64,000 nucleotides of DNA from Chrysomallon squamiferum. Lineage: Eukaryota > Animalia > Mollusca. The position numbers and the translations under genes are program-made. The notes beneath the pieces were generated by a model. It was given only the letters and a program-made list of their open reading frames with translations, searched no databases and was not told the origin of the DNA. The DNA lies in contig CM022670.1 in the NCBI GenBank assembly GCA_012295275.1, positions 30,938,001 through 31,002,000 of the forward strand, given 5' to 3'. Positions 46,884-61,195 of this stretch are shown one piece after another; the stretch's first letter is position 1, and every line of letters starts with the position of its first letter.

Positions 46884-49800
46884 ATTATTATTATTTTTGT
46901 AGATTAACATATTTTTGAACTTCAGATGCATTTCATTTTAGAGTCATATTGCATTTTAAGATAAATGACACAGGGGTAACCATTTAAAAAAATCAACAAA
47001 AAAAACCCCAACTGATATGGGTCAAAAACCTTTATATAGAATAGCACAACTTTATTTACATAAGCAGCTTGATTTTTTACTTTATTAAATAATTAGTAAT
47101 AAGTTAAAATACAGTGATCTGTATATATCTATATATATATATAAATGTTTCTTAAAAGGACTACCCCTACAACCATTTGATGTTTAACTATAACTCTCTG
47201 CAATACATAAATTTAGCTAATCTTTGGAGTCTACTACAGAAAGGTGTTGCAGCTATTAATTAGGGGCAATAAAATGTATATAATCATGAGACTAAAGGCA
47301 ATTAAAGGTACAGGTTTGAAGCAGACATAAAATAATTTTCTTCGCTCTGTACTTGTTGTGATTTGAGTGCAAACAAACATTACCTATCATCTGACCATTG
47401 CTGAAATTTTCTCTGATGGAGCTAATCAACAAGCAAAAATAATCTAAGTTTTAAACTGATCAATTTATGATTTTATGATATTAAAGAAGTTGATACGTTT
47501 TGTATTCAGCATTCAATCAATACTTCTGGTATTTGAATTCACAGAATACATTGTACTGTTATGTGTAGTATAGTCTGTTATGTTTACAATTCTTAATTTC
47601 TGTTTAATGCAAGAATTTTGAAAGCAAAACAATCATCTGTCTTAGAATGGTAGATATAGTAATCAGCAAAACACTATGTTTTGTTTATTTCAAAACGTAT
47701 TCATATTATATACAGTAAAAGTCCGAACATATAATAAAACATGCATCCTACAAGTTATTAAAAACATAAACAACATAGAAATATATTAATTTTAAATACA
47801 GCCAGTTCTTTTTAGTTGCACTAAAATCTACAGCGATTATGCCCGGTAGGAAACAGAATTTATGGCAATTTTTCTATGCACATGCTATTCATATAATGTA
47901 TCAGCTAAAACTAGGAATACTGAAGAAAAACATACAGCCAACAAGTTATTAAAAATGTAAACAACATATAAATGTAATCATTTTAAACAAGCTCCACTAT
48001 TTCTAGTTGTTCACAGAAATATATGGGTTTTGGGCTGTGTAGAAAACGTAATTTATGGCGATTTTGCTAAGCATATGCTACTTTCAAATCCAGAGCTGTT
48101 CTATGCCAGTATTACATGCTGTTTGAAAGGTAATTGAATGCGCTTTCATTTGATTATGAGTTTGTAGGTTTTATTTCTGGCCAGTTTTTTAAAAATAACA
48201 CTGAAGCAACTTTTGTGTAGTTAAGCAAGGCGTTTGTAGAGCAAAACTATTTTAGGACATTTTACTCCACACTGTCAATGACTGTCCATGTTTGACACTC
48301 CCATACAAAGTACTGATTTAACACACAACAAAACAATCATCACCACTTAAAAGCTTACATGATGATCCTTCTTTCCATATATTTGCTAGGTTTTACAGAA
48401 GGGAGTGAAGGAAAATGGACAAAATCTAAACTTTTAACATCCTTGACCAGTTTTATCGGCTAGACTGCAGGTACCTACACATACTGTAAAAACCTAACAA
48501 TTCTCTAAAATCAATAAAGAAAAATATATATGTGTTACTTTTAAAATTATTTTCTAGATCTGAATTTAACCTTGTTTCGCATAATAGGTTTTCCCTTTTG
48601 ACCAAAGATACAACTGTAAAATAGTTATACCTGGTATGTGATAGCTCTCTTTCCATCAGCTTCAAGTTCTTCCTCTTCCACATTCTCTTTTACTTCTTCT
48701 TCATTTTCTTCCTCACTAAGAATAATAAAAAAATTAAAAAAAAAAATTAAAAGTAATATAACAAAAGAATAAATAATTTTAGAATCAGCAAAGAAAATGA
48801 TGAAAAATATTTAAAAAAAAAAAAAAAATCTTAATTCTGTTAATAGTATAACTTGTGACCATAACAGGATGGACATGTTTCTCTCTTTAAAGAATAAAGA
48901 GATTTTCTAAATATTTGATAGTTAACTTATATCATAATCATAGGTAGGCATGTTTTATTTTGTCTGCGAGTACATTTTCTCTTCAGTATATTATGTTTTA
49001 AATCTATTACAATCAGCTAATGCTGCCACTGTTAAAAAGTTATGCACAGGTCTTGCTACATATGGGAAGAGATGTAAGCTCACCATCCCTTATGGTTTAC
49101 GAGTTTGCCTGCCATTTTTATACAATGGCAGCAATGTCTGCCACCTGTTTATTTAGACTGACTGTCATGCTATTGTTTTGCACTTTTATGTCTTGTCCCT
49201 AAACAAAATAGATGTAATCTGAAATGGTGACTGTCATATTTACAAATTACCCCCGTTTTTAAGAAGAAAAACTGCTGCAAAAGAATAATTAGATTACTCA
49301 GTCTCATTATCTTCATCTTCTTTCATCATTTTGTAGTATTTGACAGCCTTTTTCTCATTTCTTTTTTCATATCTATCACTCTTCTGTTTCTTCTGCAAAA
49401 AAGAATGCTTTCATAAGCATTTCTAACAATTAATACAGATAAATAACAAAAGCTTTATACCAAATCCTGCAACAAAAGTTATGTAACTCCAAAAATATGA
49501 TTATAGTAAAATGAATACATTAACAAACAAAATGTAAAAGGTTTAACAAATATTAAAATACAAATAAAAGTTTTGTCAGAATAAAAATAAGAAATGCTTA
49601 TTTTTGTTAAATATAACTTAAAAAATATAAATATAAAGAAATTAAAATAAAAAACAATATATAGAGAAATAACTTATTTTGCTAATATTTATTTTAACAG
49701 TCTTTGGTTTATCAGCATTATGTATATCTCTGTTGTAACTAATGTAAATGTTTTGTACTTGTTTCAGATCAATTATATATTGTTTTTATATCCACAAAAC

Positions 49801-52800
49801 TATACCTTAGGTATGTTATTATTTTCAAGTATCTCATCTGATACCTTTCCTGATCTCTTTTTCAGTAACTTTTTAGTTTTTTCAAGCTTCTTGCTGCAAT
49901 AAATAAATAATTTATTATAAGATATAATTAAAATAAATCCATTATTGTTCATTTTAGGAATTCAGATTTATGCTTATGAATGGAAATAAAAGACATTAAT
50001 GTTACTAGTGTGTAATGATTTGCTAGAAATTCAGAAGAATATAGATCTTTGAAAATGTTTGTGCAGTAGATCAGGACTCACAAATTTTTACCATTTTTTA
50101 AAAAGGAAAGAAAAACAACAAAAAAGAAAAAATTGTAATTGAACCTAACTTAACCTTTTATTTATTTTTGTTTCTTTGTCTGCCTGAGTGTAATCTATTT
50201 CTTCTCCTTGTTTTAATCTCTCTACAATGTCGACTATCTGAGGTTTTAACTTCTTATCAGTTGATTCAAGTTGCTTCATCAACTAAAATCACAGATAAAT
50301 AAAACAAATATTATACAACAACTTCATATTTAATCTTTTTAAAACTGTTTAATTTATTTTAAATGTAAAACTACTTATGATCAAATGTATATGAAATAAC
50401 AGCAAATGTCCACAGACATACAACTTCAACAAAGTCTTAACAAACTCTAAACAAGTAAATAAAAATATAGAACAAAACAAATATTAGTCAATGGATCAAA
50501 TTAAAAAGAGTAATATTTGAGTAATATGAAGTTATCTTACATGTCTATACTGAACAAGTCGTTTGATTACAGGGTGACTGTGAGCTTGTGCATGTTTTGC
50601 TTTCAGCATCAGATAGAAACTCACATTTACACAGTAGCTGAAAAATATCAAGTTGAAATTTGTTGTCTTATCATGTTATATGGAAGGAAGGGTGTTTATT
50701 TTTTGAAAGTGTTATTGTTTTTTGAGTTGTTATTGTTTTTATTTAATAATGTTTGCTATATGTTGATTGTATGTTCATCAAGCTATACTAAAAATAAAAA
50801 TTAATTTTTATTATCCATTTTCAAGTATAAAAGAAATCTCAAGACAACAATTAAATTGTAAACATGTATTATATTTATAAACTATAAAAGAACAATATTT
50901 TAATACTTTATAACATATATATAAAAAAACCCAGATCTAATTCAAAATATGAAAAAAAAGACATACTTGGGCAACAATATATTTTTAAAAGGTAAACATT
51001 ACTCTTATGCAAATGTAAAAGAAATTTTATTAAGATTATGGTGCAGAGTGTTTTGATATAAAAAAAAGAATCCATACAAAACTCTGAAACTTACTTGAGA
51101 TATAACTGATATTTCACTTGAATATACTTGGCTTCTTTCTCTTGAATCTTTCCATCATTTACCAGATTCATTAATGGTTGTAAGCTATCTCTTAATTCTG
51201 TCATCTGTTTTAAATACAAATGGATTTATTTTACTGCCAGTACATATGCAAAAGAACTGAATCAAAAAAATATCCAGTGAAATGCTCTTAAACACAATTA
51301 TGATACATGTTAACTGTGATTTTTAAAAACCTTTTGTGATATTTCACTGATAGATACAATTAGAATAAGAATTCTGATGAAAATAGCATTAATAATACAC
51401 AAAAGGATGTCCATATAGATTACAGAAATTGTTTCTGTAATTTCTAAACTTAGAACTTTATTTGACCTTATCTGTAAATTCCTGTATCAAGGTCAGTAAC
51501 TCTGGTGATTCTTTCTTCAGAAGCTGAACATAGAAGCAAAAATGAAACAATTACATGTTAAATACAAAGAGAAAGTATTTTAATGTTGTAACTGTTTTCA
51601 CTGATTAAACTCCAAAAGTGACTGTTCTTAATTCTTCTTTATCTGCATTTTGCTTATAACAAAGAGCTGAATTTAGTTCATGGTTCAAATAGAAACAAAT
51701 TTTTATACCAGTAAATTAACTTCCTTGAATTTGCTAAATCATTCCATCAAACAACTGAAGTAAATCTTGTTTTTAATAGGCTCTTCACACAGAAACATGA
51801 ATGTTGACAATTTGTCTATTAATGAAATTTAAGAATTAATTTATGATTTCTTTTTTCCAAATGTGTCAACTAATAGAAAAACATGTAGTCATAAGCATAA
51901 TATTTTACTAATGAAATAAAAACTGACATTGTTAATAATATCATATTACAAAACATACCTCCAGTTTCTCTCTCTTAGATAATTTAGAAAGATCTTTCAC
52001 TATTTTTTCTTGATCTTCAGATTTGTTGTCTGTTCTGGGGGGAGCCTATTTTGACAAATAAAATAAAATTAAAATAAATAAAAGAAGAACAAGCTAGTAT
52101 ACAAATTGAAACATTAAGAAAACAATAAATTTGAACCATAGAGTATTTAAAATAGCTTATCTCATTATTTATTTTATAGATTTCAGAAAAATGAAGGAAT
52201 TATATTAAGTAGATTTGTTTTACCTTCTTTTAAAATTAATTTTATAAACTTTTGGAAAAGCAGTTTGAAGCTTTACCAAAGTATGTGCTGTATATAAAAT
52301 GTATAATCCTGTCAACATACAACCATTCAAAATTTTAAAGCCATTTTCAATGAATATATCTAATTTTATTAATATAATATAAATAATAAGTAATCATTTA
52401 CAATACCTTGAAGACATCCAGAGCAAAGTCTTGGTCATCAAGTTCATCAGCCATTCTCTTTTGAATAGCCAATGCTTCTTTTTCTTCCAGTGCTGCCACA
52501 CCTTCTTCATCCTCGGAACCTTCCAAATCTGAATTTAAAAGATCATAAAATAAAATGTACAATCAAAGAAACCATCAACAAATAGCTATAATCAGTTAAA
52601 TTATCCTCTATATCTATGATTTTATCCTGTTTATTTATTCCCCAGTTAGGTAGAATTCCAGTTTCTTAAAATTAAACTGAAATGATTGAGTTTTTTGTTG
52701 TTGTTTTGGAGGAAAGGATTCAGTTTAGTTTTGTTTTGAGAAATTTGACTGTATGTTTTCCCTGAGTCCTCAGTATTTGGAAAAGAAATGGAAAATAAAT

Positions 52801-54764
52801 AATACAAAAAAAATTAAAATTAAAATTAAAAAGTAACAATAACTATGAGGATAATAACAAAAAGTAAATAAGGCAGAAAAATTAAATGCTAATAAAAACC
52901 AGTAACTCATAAATGTTTATAACATAGTATAACTGAAATCACTGTTTTCACAAATGATAAAACTTTTAAACATTTACCTATTCTGTTGTCTACAACATCA
53001 GTTCCATAAAAACCAGCTCTTCTGCTTCCCCAGGCTTTACTGTCAGGAAGACCTAAACATTAAAATAAGTTATTACTGGGAACATCACATAAAGAACATC
53101 AGTTAAAAGAAAACTGAGGATTAACTTATTGAAATACAAAGATTTTCAGAATGAGATGTTTTACAAAATAATAATATATTAGGATGCAAATTATAGTTTT
53201 CAACTAACTTTTATTGTTCTAATGTAACAGAACTTATGAATAAACTTACACATTACACATCTACTAACATGTTTTCTAGCCAGGCTAAACAGTTTAAATT
53301 TATTTTAAGTTTTGTATTCCAAAATCTTGGGAACATGTTGAAAACTACAATTATGTTGTGTGATAAAAATAAATAATGTCATTTTATGGTGATTCTGGAA
53401 TTTGAATGACAAAGGATTAAAACTGTCAATGTCATGAGATACTCATGTTTGTATTTACCTTCATCACTGTCTTCCAAATCACTGCCCATCTTCTTGCAAA
53501 TGTGGGCCTGCTTGATCCGCTGCATCTGATTATGATAACCTGCAATTTCATCATCACTTAAGTCATCTTCATCATCATCAGAAAGAATGGGCAGTACTTC
53601 TTCCTGAAACAAATTAGAACAACAAAATATAATTAATTTGAAATTATTATAGGTTGATGGTTCTTAAATAATATTTAATAATAAAAAATAGTGTGTTTAA
53701 CTCAAAAAGCTCAATGGATTATCTTTTATACTTACTAACTATTTATTTATTTATTTATCTATTTATTTATTTATTTTATCTTCAAATGTGATCATCTGTA
53801 ATGTGTCCATGCAAAATGATACAGCATCAGACCACAGTAAAAAGTTCAGTTTGGATGCTATTCATTTGACTGAATTTTTACATTTATCCTAGATAATTAG
53901 TATAAACATTTAAGCCATACCTCACTAGCCGATTCTTCAGCTTCATCTTTCCTGAAACCCTTGTTCAATAAAATCTGTAATAACAAGTATACATTTTACA
54001 GCATTTCCAAGTAAAAATTGGGAGCAGATTTTTAAAATACTTAATGTGATCAAATATCACATACATTACACAAACAGAAGAAATAAGGAAAATATTTTTA
54101 AAATTGTATCATTATCTCTTATCGATAAGCAGCTTATGAATAAACTGTTGGGTTTATATGCAAAGAAAGCAATAAAATGGGCAAACAAAAAAATTAATTA
54201 AGCTAAATACGTTTACATAATTATGCATGATGTTTAAGAAGAAAAAAAAGCTTTTGCAACTTTCTGATTCTGGATAACTGTCAGCAATATAATACTGATC
54301 ATAACATCATTAATGTTTTTTTTGAAAAACCAAGATGATTATGAATGTTATTTCTTAAAAACTTTCATGATTCATTACCTTCTCTTTTTGCAGGTGCAAT
54401 TCATCAATATCATCATGGTAGAAATCATATGAATCTGGATTAGGAACATTTTCATTGTCATCGTTGTCTAACTTGTAATCATGAATTATCTCTGATGTTC
54501 CGTTTGATCTTCTACATCTAAAAATTAAAAATTAAACTGTTTAATAATCATATATATATACACACACACATACACACACGTTAGAAGAAAGAAAGCCTGT
54601 AAACTAGTCCTAGGTAGCTGTAGTAATAGAGATTTTATTTACAATGTAGGCAACATATAATAAAATACTGAATCTCTCAGCTGTTTTTTTTTAAATTATT
54701 ATTTCTTACAGCTTAACAAAGATATTAAATTTTATATATAAAAAAATATATATACGTGTGTGTA

Positions 54765-54820
<56 letters not shown>

Positions 54821-55197
54821 GACTTATATTTAATGTTTTTGTTATGTAGGTCATGTAACTTCACTTCTAAGTTATAATGATTACTATTACACATTGATGT
54901 ACATATTTCTTGTGCTTGGCTTAAGACAATGGTATTTAATCATACTGTCAGCAATAGTCTTTGAAACATTTAAAAAAAAAAAAAAAAAAAATTATTATGG
55001 TCAGGGTTTGAAATATTGACTCTTGTTAGTTGTTGACATCTAAACCTTTTTTTGCTAAGAACAGACACGGAAATAAAACTATACGGAAACTGGGTATACG
55101 GCAACAAACTCCAGTATTATTTGCTATCGAATTAATTACGCTTTTTAAAATCACTAAACCTTTATTGTTACTTCATATGCACTTACCTTTTCGGCAT
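45420..55197 (-). CDS. UTP3: SSU processome component UTP3/SAS10, 16 coding exons
   Basis: Exons (minus strand): 55197-55187, 54517-54379, 53974-53921, 53603-53459, 53052-52978, 52528-52407, 52045-51959, 51523-51467, 51204-51095, 50637-50541, 50282-50155, 49893-49806, 49392-49298, 48715-48631, 45976-45869, 45509-45420. Motifs: LPDSKAWGSRRAGFYGTD, EEKEALAIQKR, LLKKESPEL, NYCVNVSFYLMLKA..HPVIKRLVQYR, DGKRAITYQMAKNKGLTP..RNPRVKHR, YGGELSGIRAGIKRSIKLK*. Confidence 0.93.
47711..48450. repeat. Probable old DNA-transposon remnant with an internal diverged duplication (period about 190 bp)
   Basis: ACAAGTTATTAAAAA..TAAACAACATA..AATTTATGGC..ATTTT..ATGCTA occurs at about 47736-47890 and again at about 47927-48085 in UTP3 intron 14; no clear TIR pair. 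Confidence 0.4.
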
Positions 55198-56568
55198 TTT
55201 GAATAAAGATAAATGTAATTAGTCAGTTAAGCATTATCAAAACATACACATGCTTATTTTATACCAATGACCTCAATTATAATACGCATTTACATGGGGA
55301 AAAAAACAAACAGATTTATTTATACCAGTTGACTATGGGACATAATTCTGTTCTGGTTATAAAAATTCCTGAAAAGCTATCGGCAGTCACTAAATATTTA
55401 AATAACAAAATAAAACGACATACATGTAATAATTATTATTATACACTCTCAGAACGAGTTGTTGTTGCTATCATTTTGCCACTTGCATTATAAATTAATC
55501 ACAATTAATAAAATAAAGCCATTTATTTATTTATTTATTTTGTGTTTATTTGCTGATTTACTCACTTATTCATTTTATTTCATATTATTTAATTCTTTAT
55601 TTATTAATTGTTTTTTGTTTTTTAAATTTTGTTGATTTTTCTTGTTGTTTGCTGTTATTGTTCAAAAATTATTTCACCTAATGAATGGATCTTTCAAAAT
55701 ATAATTCACTTACATTTAAATATATGTATGTATGTATGTATGTATGTATTTAAATATTTATTCCTTTCATAATTGTTGTTGTTGCTGCTGTCATCATTGT
55801 TTTTGTTTCTGCTGCTGCTGCTATTGCTGTTGTGTAATGTTACAAGCAATTAAACGTATATTCACACACAACCACACACACACACTGTTACCTTTTTGAA
55901 GGGTGTTTAGTTTTACGGAGAATATAATGAATGAAAGACTAAGTGCGTTGTAAGCAGATTTGAATTAATGAATTATATAATCACGAACTTGAAACACAAA
56001 AGAAGAAATCAAACTGTGTTTATGTAAATATAAAAACGTGGCAGGTCTTCATTAAGCTCAAGGCGGGGTGTTTGCCCACTTTAATAAAGACGTGACGGTA
56101 AAAACATAACGGTTCTTTATGTTCTAACATATTGTATAGACCAAAGTCGATTATAGTGATATAAATAATGGAAATTTGACACGGATGGTATAATATATAC
56201 ATCACAATGTAATCAAATCACTCACAAATCTCTATCGTTGCTGGGCTCTAATACTCTTAAGTAGACACATACGACGGAAATTTTGTTCTATGTTTACTTT
56301 TCACTGTGAGCTAAAATTACGCTAAATATGGTAAACAGAAAAAATAAAAGGGCTATTGGTTATTAGGTATCTTACTCGACATTTTTTTTTTTTTTTTTTT
56401 TTTTTGTCTTGAGCCAACCGTAAAATATATTTTATAAGGCAATCTTCCTAGCCATATGCATATATCTGTAAGTAAAAGTTTCGTTTTAAGTACTGTAAAT
56501 TAAAAGCAATGTTTTTTTTTATCTTAACAATGTCTTATATTGAAAGAAATTTCGTGATCACACACAGT

Positions 56569-56607
56569 ATGGCCGACGATCTATATAACAGTGAATCTGC
56601 GTCGAAA
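56569..56607 (+). CDS. Candidate alternative first coding exon of the profilin
   Basis: ATGGCC...AAA|gtaagt encodes MADDLYNSESASK; 39 nt, phase 0, compatible with the acceptor at 58855. Confidence 0.45.
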
Positions 56608-57706
56608 GTAAGTAAATACAAACATACACATATACACAGACAAGTATGTGCTTTATGCTAATAACATTCAATGCACTGATGATTTCAATATATCATTTTT
56701 AAGTTGCAAAGGATATACTTGAACTCAAAGACATATTTTCACAGTTGGTTTTAATAAATTCATTATATTCATTATGCTTTATTATCTTTGACAAAGTGCC
56801 TATATAAATTTCTGCTATTTAGCTAGTGTGATATTTATAATAATGGTCATAATATTTAAACATTAAAATACGTTAAAATGTCGATGTAAAATAATGACTT
56901 TTATTGATTTCCTTTCTTTTATAAAATTATTATTATTATTATTATTGCTGTTGTTGGTGGTGGTGGTATTGATGATGATGGTGTCACTGTTGTTGTTACA
57001 TTATGGTTTCTTTCTTTCACTGAATATAGTTGAATTTTCGGCAGTTTTTTGTCCCATTCTTTTGCAACCTTTTTTACCCCTTTCTTTATTTTCTTCTGAA
57101 CTAATTATGTCTGTCGCTACGTTCTAATTACTTCACCATGTTAATTTGTGAATAACGCTTGCCATTGTATCCAGCATGTAGTGCATGTCGAGAAACTGAC
57201 TTGCATGAATGTCCACATCGATAAAGGATTATACAATTAATCATATTAATAACGACTTCTGTGTCAGTGTTACCTGATTCTTTTCTATTTTTATTTCTTC
57301 TTCTATCGAATTTCTACGTCAGTTAGAATACCTGACATTGGAAGTCACGCTATCCTATACAATGGTCACTGGTTCGTCAATAATCGGGTATTAAGGTTAA
57401 TGCAAGCATAATTCGAAAACGCTTGGATACAGCTATATAAATATATACGGATCATTGCTATCGAGAGTATAATACTACTTTCCATTAACAATTGTGCTTA
57501 TATAATCCCCTCTTGTAAACGTAGTTGAAGGATTTTTTTATAATTTAATTGTTGGTGTTGTAGAGTCACTGTTACTTTTATACAATGCTATTCTACATGA
57601 CCGCTGTTCGAAGAGATAATACGAATAGTAGGAATACTTTCAATTTTATATACATATATAAAGTACTTTCAATTAAATGATGAGTCCTTCTCGACAGCTT
57701 TCGAAA

Positions 57707-58769
57707 ATGTCTCTTGAAACGGTAAGTTGTCTAGACAGAATTACAATTTTGTTTTACTAGTGGCTGTCACAGAATTTAGCTTGCGTAACAAATTTATCTT
57801 TCTGCGACATCCGCATGTTTTATTTTTGCCGCCAATTTTTCAACTCCATGGGGTTGTTTTAAAAGAGCTGGCTCTTGGTAATTTAGGGAAGAAGGAAAAG
57901 CCATCAAGAGAGCAAAATCGTTCAGTCAGGCGGGTAACCAATGTTTTTGAATGACATTGCCATTACGGACAAGTATGGTACTCGTTGTCTGTTCTTATTT
58001 TCATACGGTGTAATGTGCACTTTGGGTGTGTTAACAACATTTAATATAAACACATTTTTAATTGTTTAATCTGTCCTCCGTACAGATTCTTATTCTGTTT
58101 TGGTTCCCCATATGACCTTACTCGAATCATTAATCAGTTATTTAAATATATTTTTTTATCGATTGTATAATATATTATTATTAAGTCACATTTATATCAT
58201 AATTAAATAATTAACTTGTACCTAAACTTGTGTTGTGTTTATTTCTCTAGTGGATAGATAGACTTATTGATTTATATAGATTGGTGTCAATTTAGCGTTT
58301 ATATTCTTTGTTAGGTGACCATTAAAGCATCTTTTTAACATAGACTGGGCCTTAATGAAACATCCAAGGTGTTTTATGGTGTGGGCCCCGTGACAATGGC
58401 ACTTTAATGAAGTTAACTTAAAGTAACGTTTTGATGCCAGTGGTATTAGATATAGAAATAAATTGTAAGAATTAGTCTGGATGTGTAAAATATAATAAGA
58501 AAGTTGGATTTTTATTACTGTTATAACAATTATGTTTATGTATAATTATTTTATTCTAATATTTATTCTAAGCACACATTGTAAGACTATGTTCGCATAT
58601 GGTAGATATCTGTACTTACTGTATGTCTTGACATAAATAAATATATGTATATTTATGTAATTATGTTTATTTCCTCAACATGAATTTTATGTAAGTATGT
58701 AACAGTGTTACGTATATTGCATTACTTTAAGCTTTGCTATAATTTTCATCATGTTGTTGTTGTAGTTGC

Positions 58770-58817
<48 letters not shown>

Positions 58818-59256
58818 TTCATTCATTCGTATTTTGATTTTAAATAATCAACAGCCTGTGACTTGGGAGGACTACATCAACAACGTTCTCATCAGCAGCG
58901 GCAGCGGCGGTTATGTGTCGAAAGCTGGGATATATAGTAAACTTGGCCACAAATGGGCTGCCACAGACGATCTCGAAGTTCACTTGGCGGATATAAGACA
59001 CATTGTCGCTGCATTTACAGATACTACAAGAATTCGAAAAACAGGAATTCGTCTTGGTCCGAGGTTGTTCACTTTTACAAGACTGGCCGATCCCAAAGTT
59101 CTCATAGGGCGAGAGTCAAAAAGTGGCGCCGGACTGGTTGTGTTTTGTTGTGATTCTTGTGTGGTTGTAGGTATTTGCGAAGAAGGGGCTTCTCAAGCCG
59201 GCTGCTATACAATGGTGATGAAACTCGGAGATTATTTAGCTGATCAAGGATTCTGA
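57707..59256 (+). CDS. Profilin (divergent, about 138 aa), 2 coding exons
   Basis: Exon 57707-57721 (MSLET|gtaagt) splices to 58855-59256 (PVTWEDYINNVLI...VSKAGIYSKLGHKWAA...GIRLG...KLGDYLADQGF*), which has the profilin W-x-x-Y start and LGDYL end. TATATAAA at about 57655. Confidence 0.85.
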
Positions 59257-59472
59257 TTTGATTGAAACGCGATGCATTTTATTTGAAATGTATTTTATTG
59301 TTTTGTTCACTGTCATCTGAACAAACATTCATTCTTTGTTTATTCAGCATTCTGCCTAAGGCTGTGTTTCACATCAGAAACCATATAAAAAACAAGAACA
59401 CAACAAAATATTTACGAAAGAATTATGGCAAAATTTTCAAAAAAAGAAAGTATAAAGAAAATAAGGGAAAAG

Positions 59473-59510
<38 letters not shown>

Positions 59511-60418
59511 TATCAAAAACAAAAATAAGATTTGTATCTATGGTGGTTCTGAGCTATTTTTATATACTTTCAAGTGACTGTTTTAGTTTACTCTGGCGGC
59601 ACTTAATTTCGCTAACAATGAAATGGGTCAAAGTGAAAAACCAATCTGAGGAAATTTACCCGACATCATTTCGTACATTAGCGTGGTTAAATAAAAATAA
59701 AAATAAAAGAATGAAAAAACATTATGTGAGAGAGAGAGAAACTTAAAACTTGTCTGTTGTGGATTTGTTTTCTTTTTTTTTTTTCTTTTTTTTTAATTTT
59801 GATTTTCTTTAATTCCCTTTTTAAAATTTCTAATTGTTATGTAACATGCAAAAAGTATCTTTAAAAAGTAACAATTAAATAATAATAATAATAAATATAA
59901 ATAAATAACAAAACATTCAGCTAGAAATGTATAAAATATATGACGCCGCCAAAGCCGCATTATAAATTACTACGAAAAATCATTGTTGAATGCATGAAAA
60001 TAATCACTATACATATAAGTAATGTCGGATTTAAGAATCTATCAGTGCAGTCATATCTTTTATATATAAATGATTATAATTATTATTATTTTATTTCTCT
60101 TTCTTTTTTCTTTCTTAATTGTTTTTATTTTTTTTTTTATGGATCGTTTTATAGTTTGGTGCTGAAATTAATATCCTGTATTTCTTAATTGACGTATATC
60201 ATGCACAAATTTTAAAATATTAATGAGTGAAGTATCGGTGCATACATACGTGGCGTTAATACATGTTATATATTCAGTCCCATTTTGCAAGCGTAATTAA
60301 ACTGTTAAATCTGTGTGATGTCATGACCACTGAAATGAAATTATTGACCATGTGTAATTTATTTTTGGTATTGTTATTTTTATTTTTCATTTAATTGATA
60401 TGTTTTTCTTCTTCTTCG

Positions 60419-60419
60419 C

Positions 60420-60471
<52 letters not shown>
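60419..60471. repeat. (AAT)n microsatellite
   Basis: Direct reading. Confidence 0.9.
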
Positions 60472-60927
60472 TGTCTTTATAAGTTAACTGATGCACATTT
60501 ACACTGATATTATTAAAAAATAAAATTCAGCATATATTTTATAATATTCACACACACACACATGAAACGTATTTCTACTGGTCACTTGCGTTAAATTGAA
60601 ATTACATAATAAATGTCTAAATGAAAAAAAAAATATTGCTTTATCGGAATAAATAATAATATTATAAACAAACAATAATCGTAATTATATTGTAGTTATA
60701 TATAAAAAGAAGGTAACAATAATTAAACATTTATAAACATTTATAATAAGTCATTTTGTAATCTAGAAAAAAAGAAAAAAAAAGAAGAGATAAATAAATA
60801 AATAAATAAATAAATAAATTTAAATAAATCCAGTAGAGGGCAAATAACTCTAACCTGTTTCATGACGTTATTAGTAACAGTAACGACGGCCATTTCATTT
60901 CCACACAACGACAGATAAGAATGTTAA

Positions 60928-61195
60928 TGCGCGCGCGCACACACACACACACATACACTCACACACATACACACACTCTTATCCACACACACACACATAT
61001 ATCCACACACACACTCACACATCCACACACACACACTCATATATATAAACACACATATATAAATATATATGTATGTGTTTGAACATGTAGGCATGTGTGT
61101 GTATATATATATACATAAAAAACAAATAAACATATATACATCGCATGTTTGTATAGACACACACACACACAAACACACACAAACACACACACACA
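60928..61195. repeat. Compound (CA)n/(TA)n microsatellite block
   Basis: Direct reading; source of the spurious C/V-rich ORFs on the minus strand. Confidence 0.9.

Noticed and set aside
55325-55350. ZNF143/Staf-like motif (TCCCATAGTCAAC on the minus strand) in the UTP3 promoter
   Set aside because: Only a partial match to the consensus; cannot be supported by eye.
57677-57707. TGATGAGTC...GAC...CGAAA resembling a hammerhead ribozyme core
   Set aside because: The C of CUGAUGA is missing, extra bases separate stem II from GAAA, and stems I and III are absent.
58705-58854. N-terminal hydrophobic extension of the 183-aa profilin ORF (apparent membrane anchor)
   Set aside because: Intronic GTT/ATT microsatellite read-through upstream of the CAG acceptor at 58854; the ORF start is not ATG.
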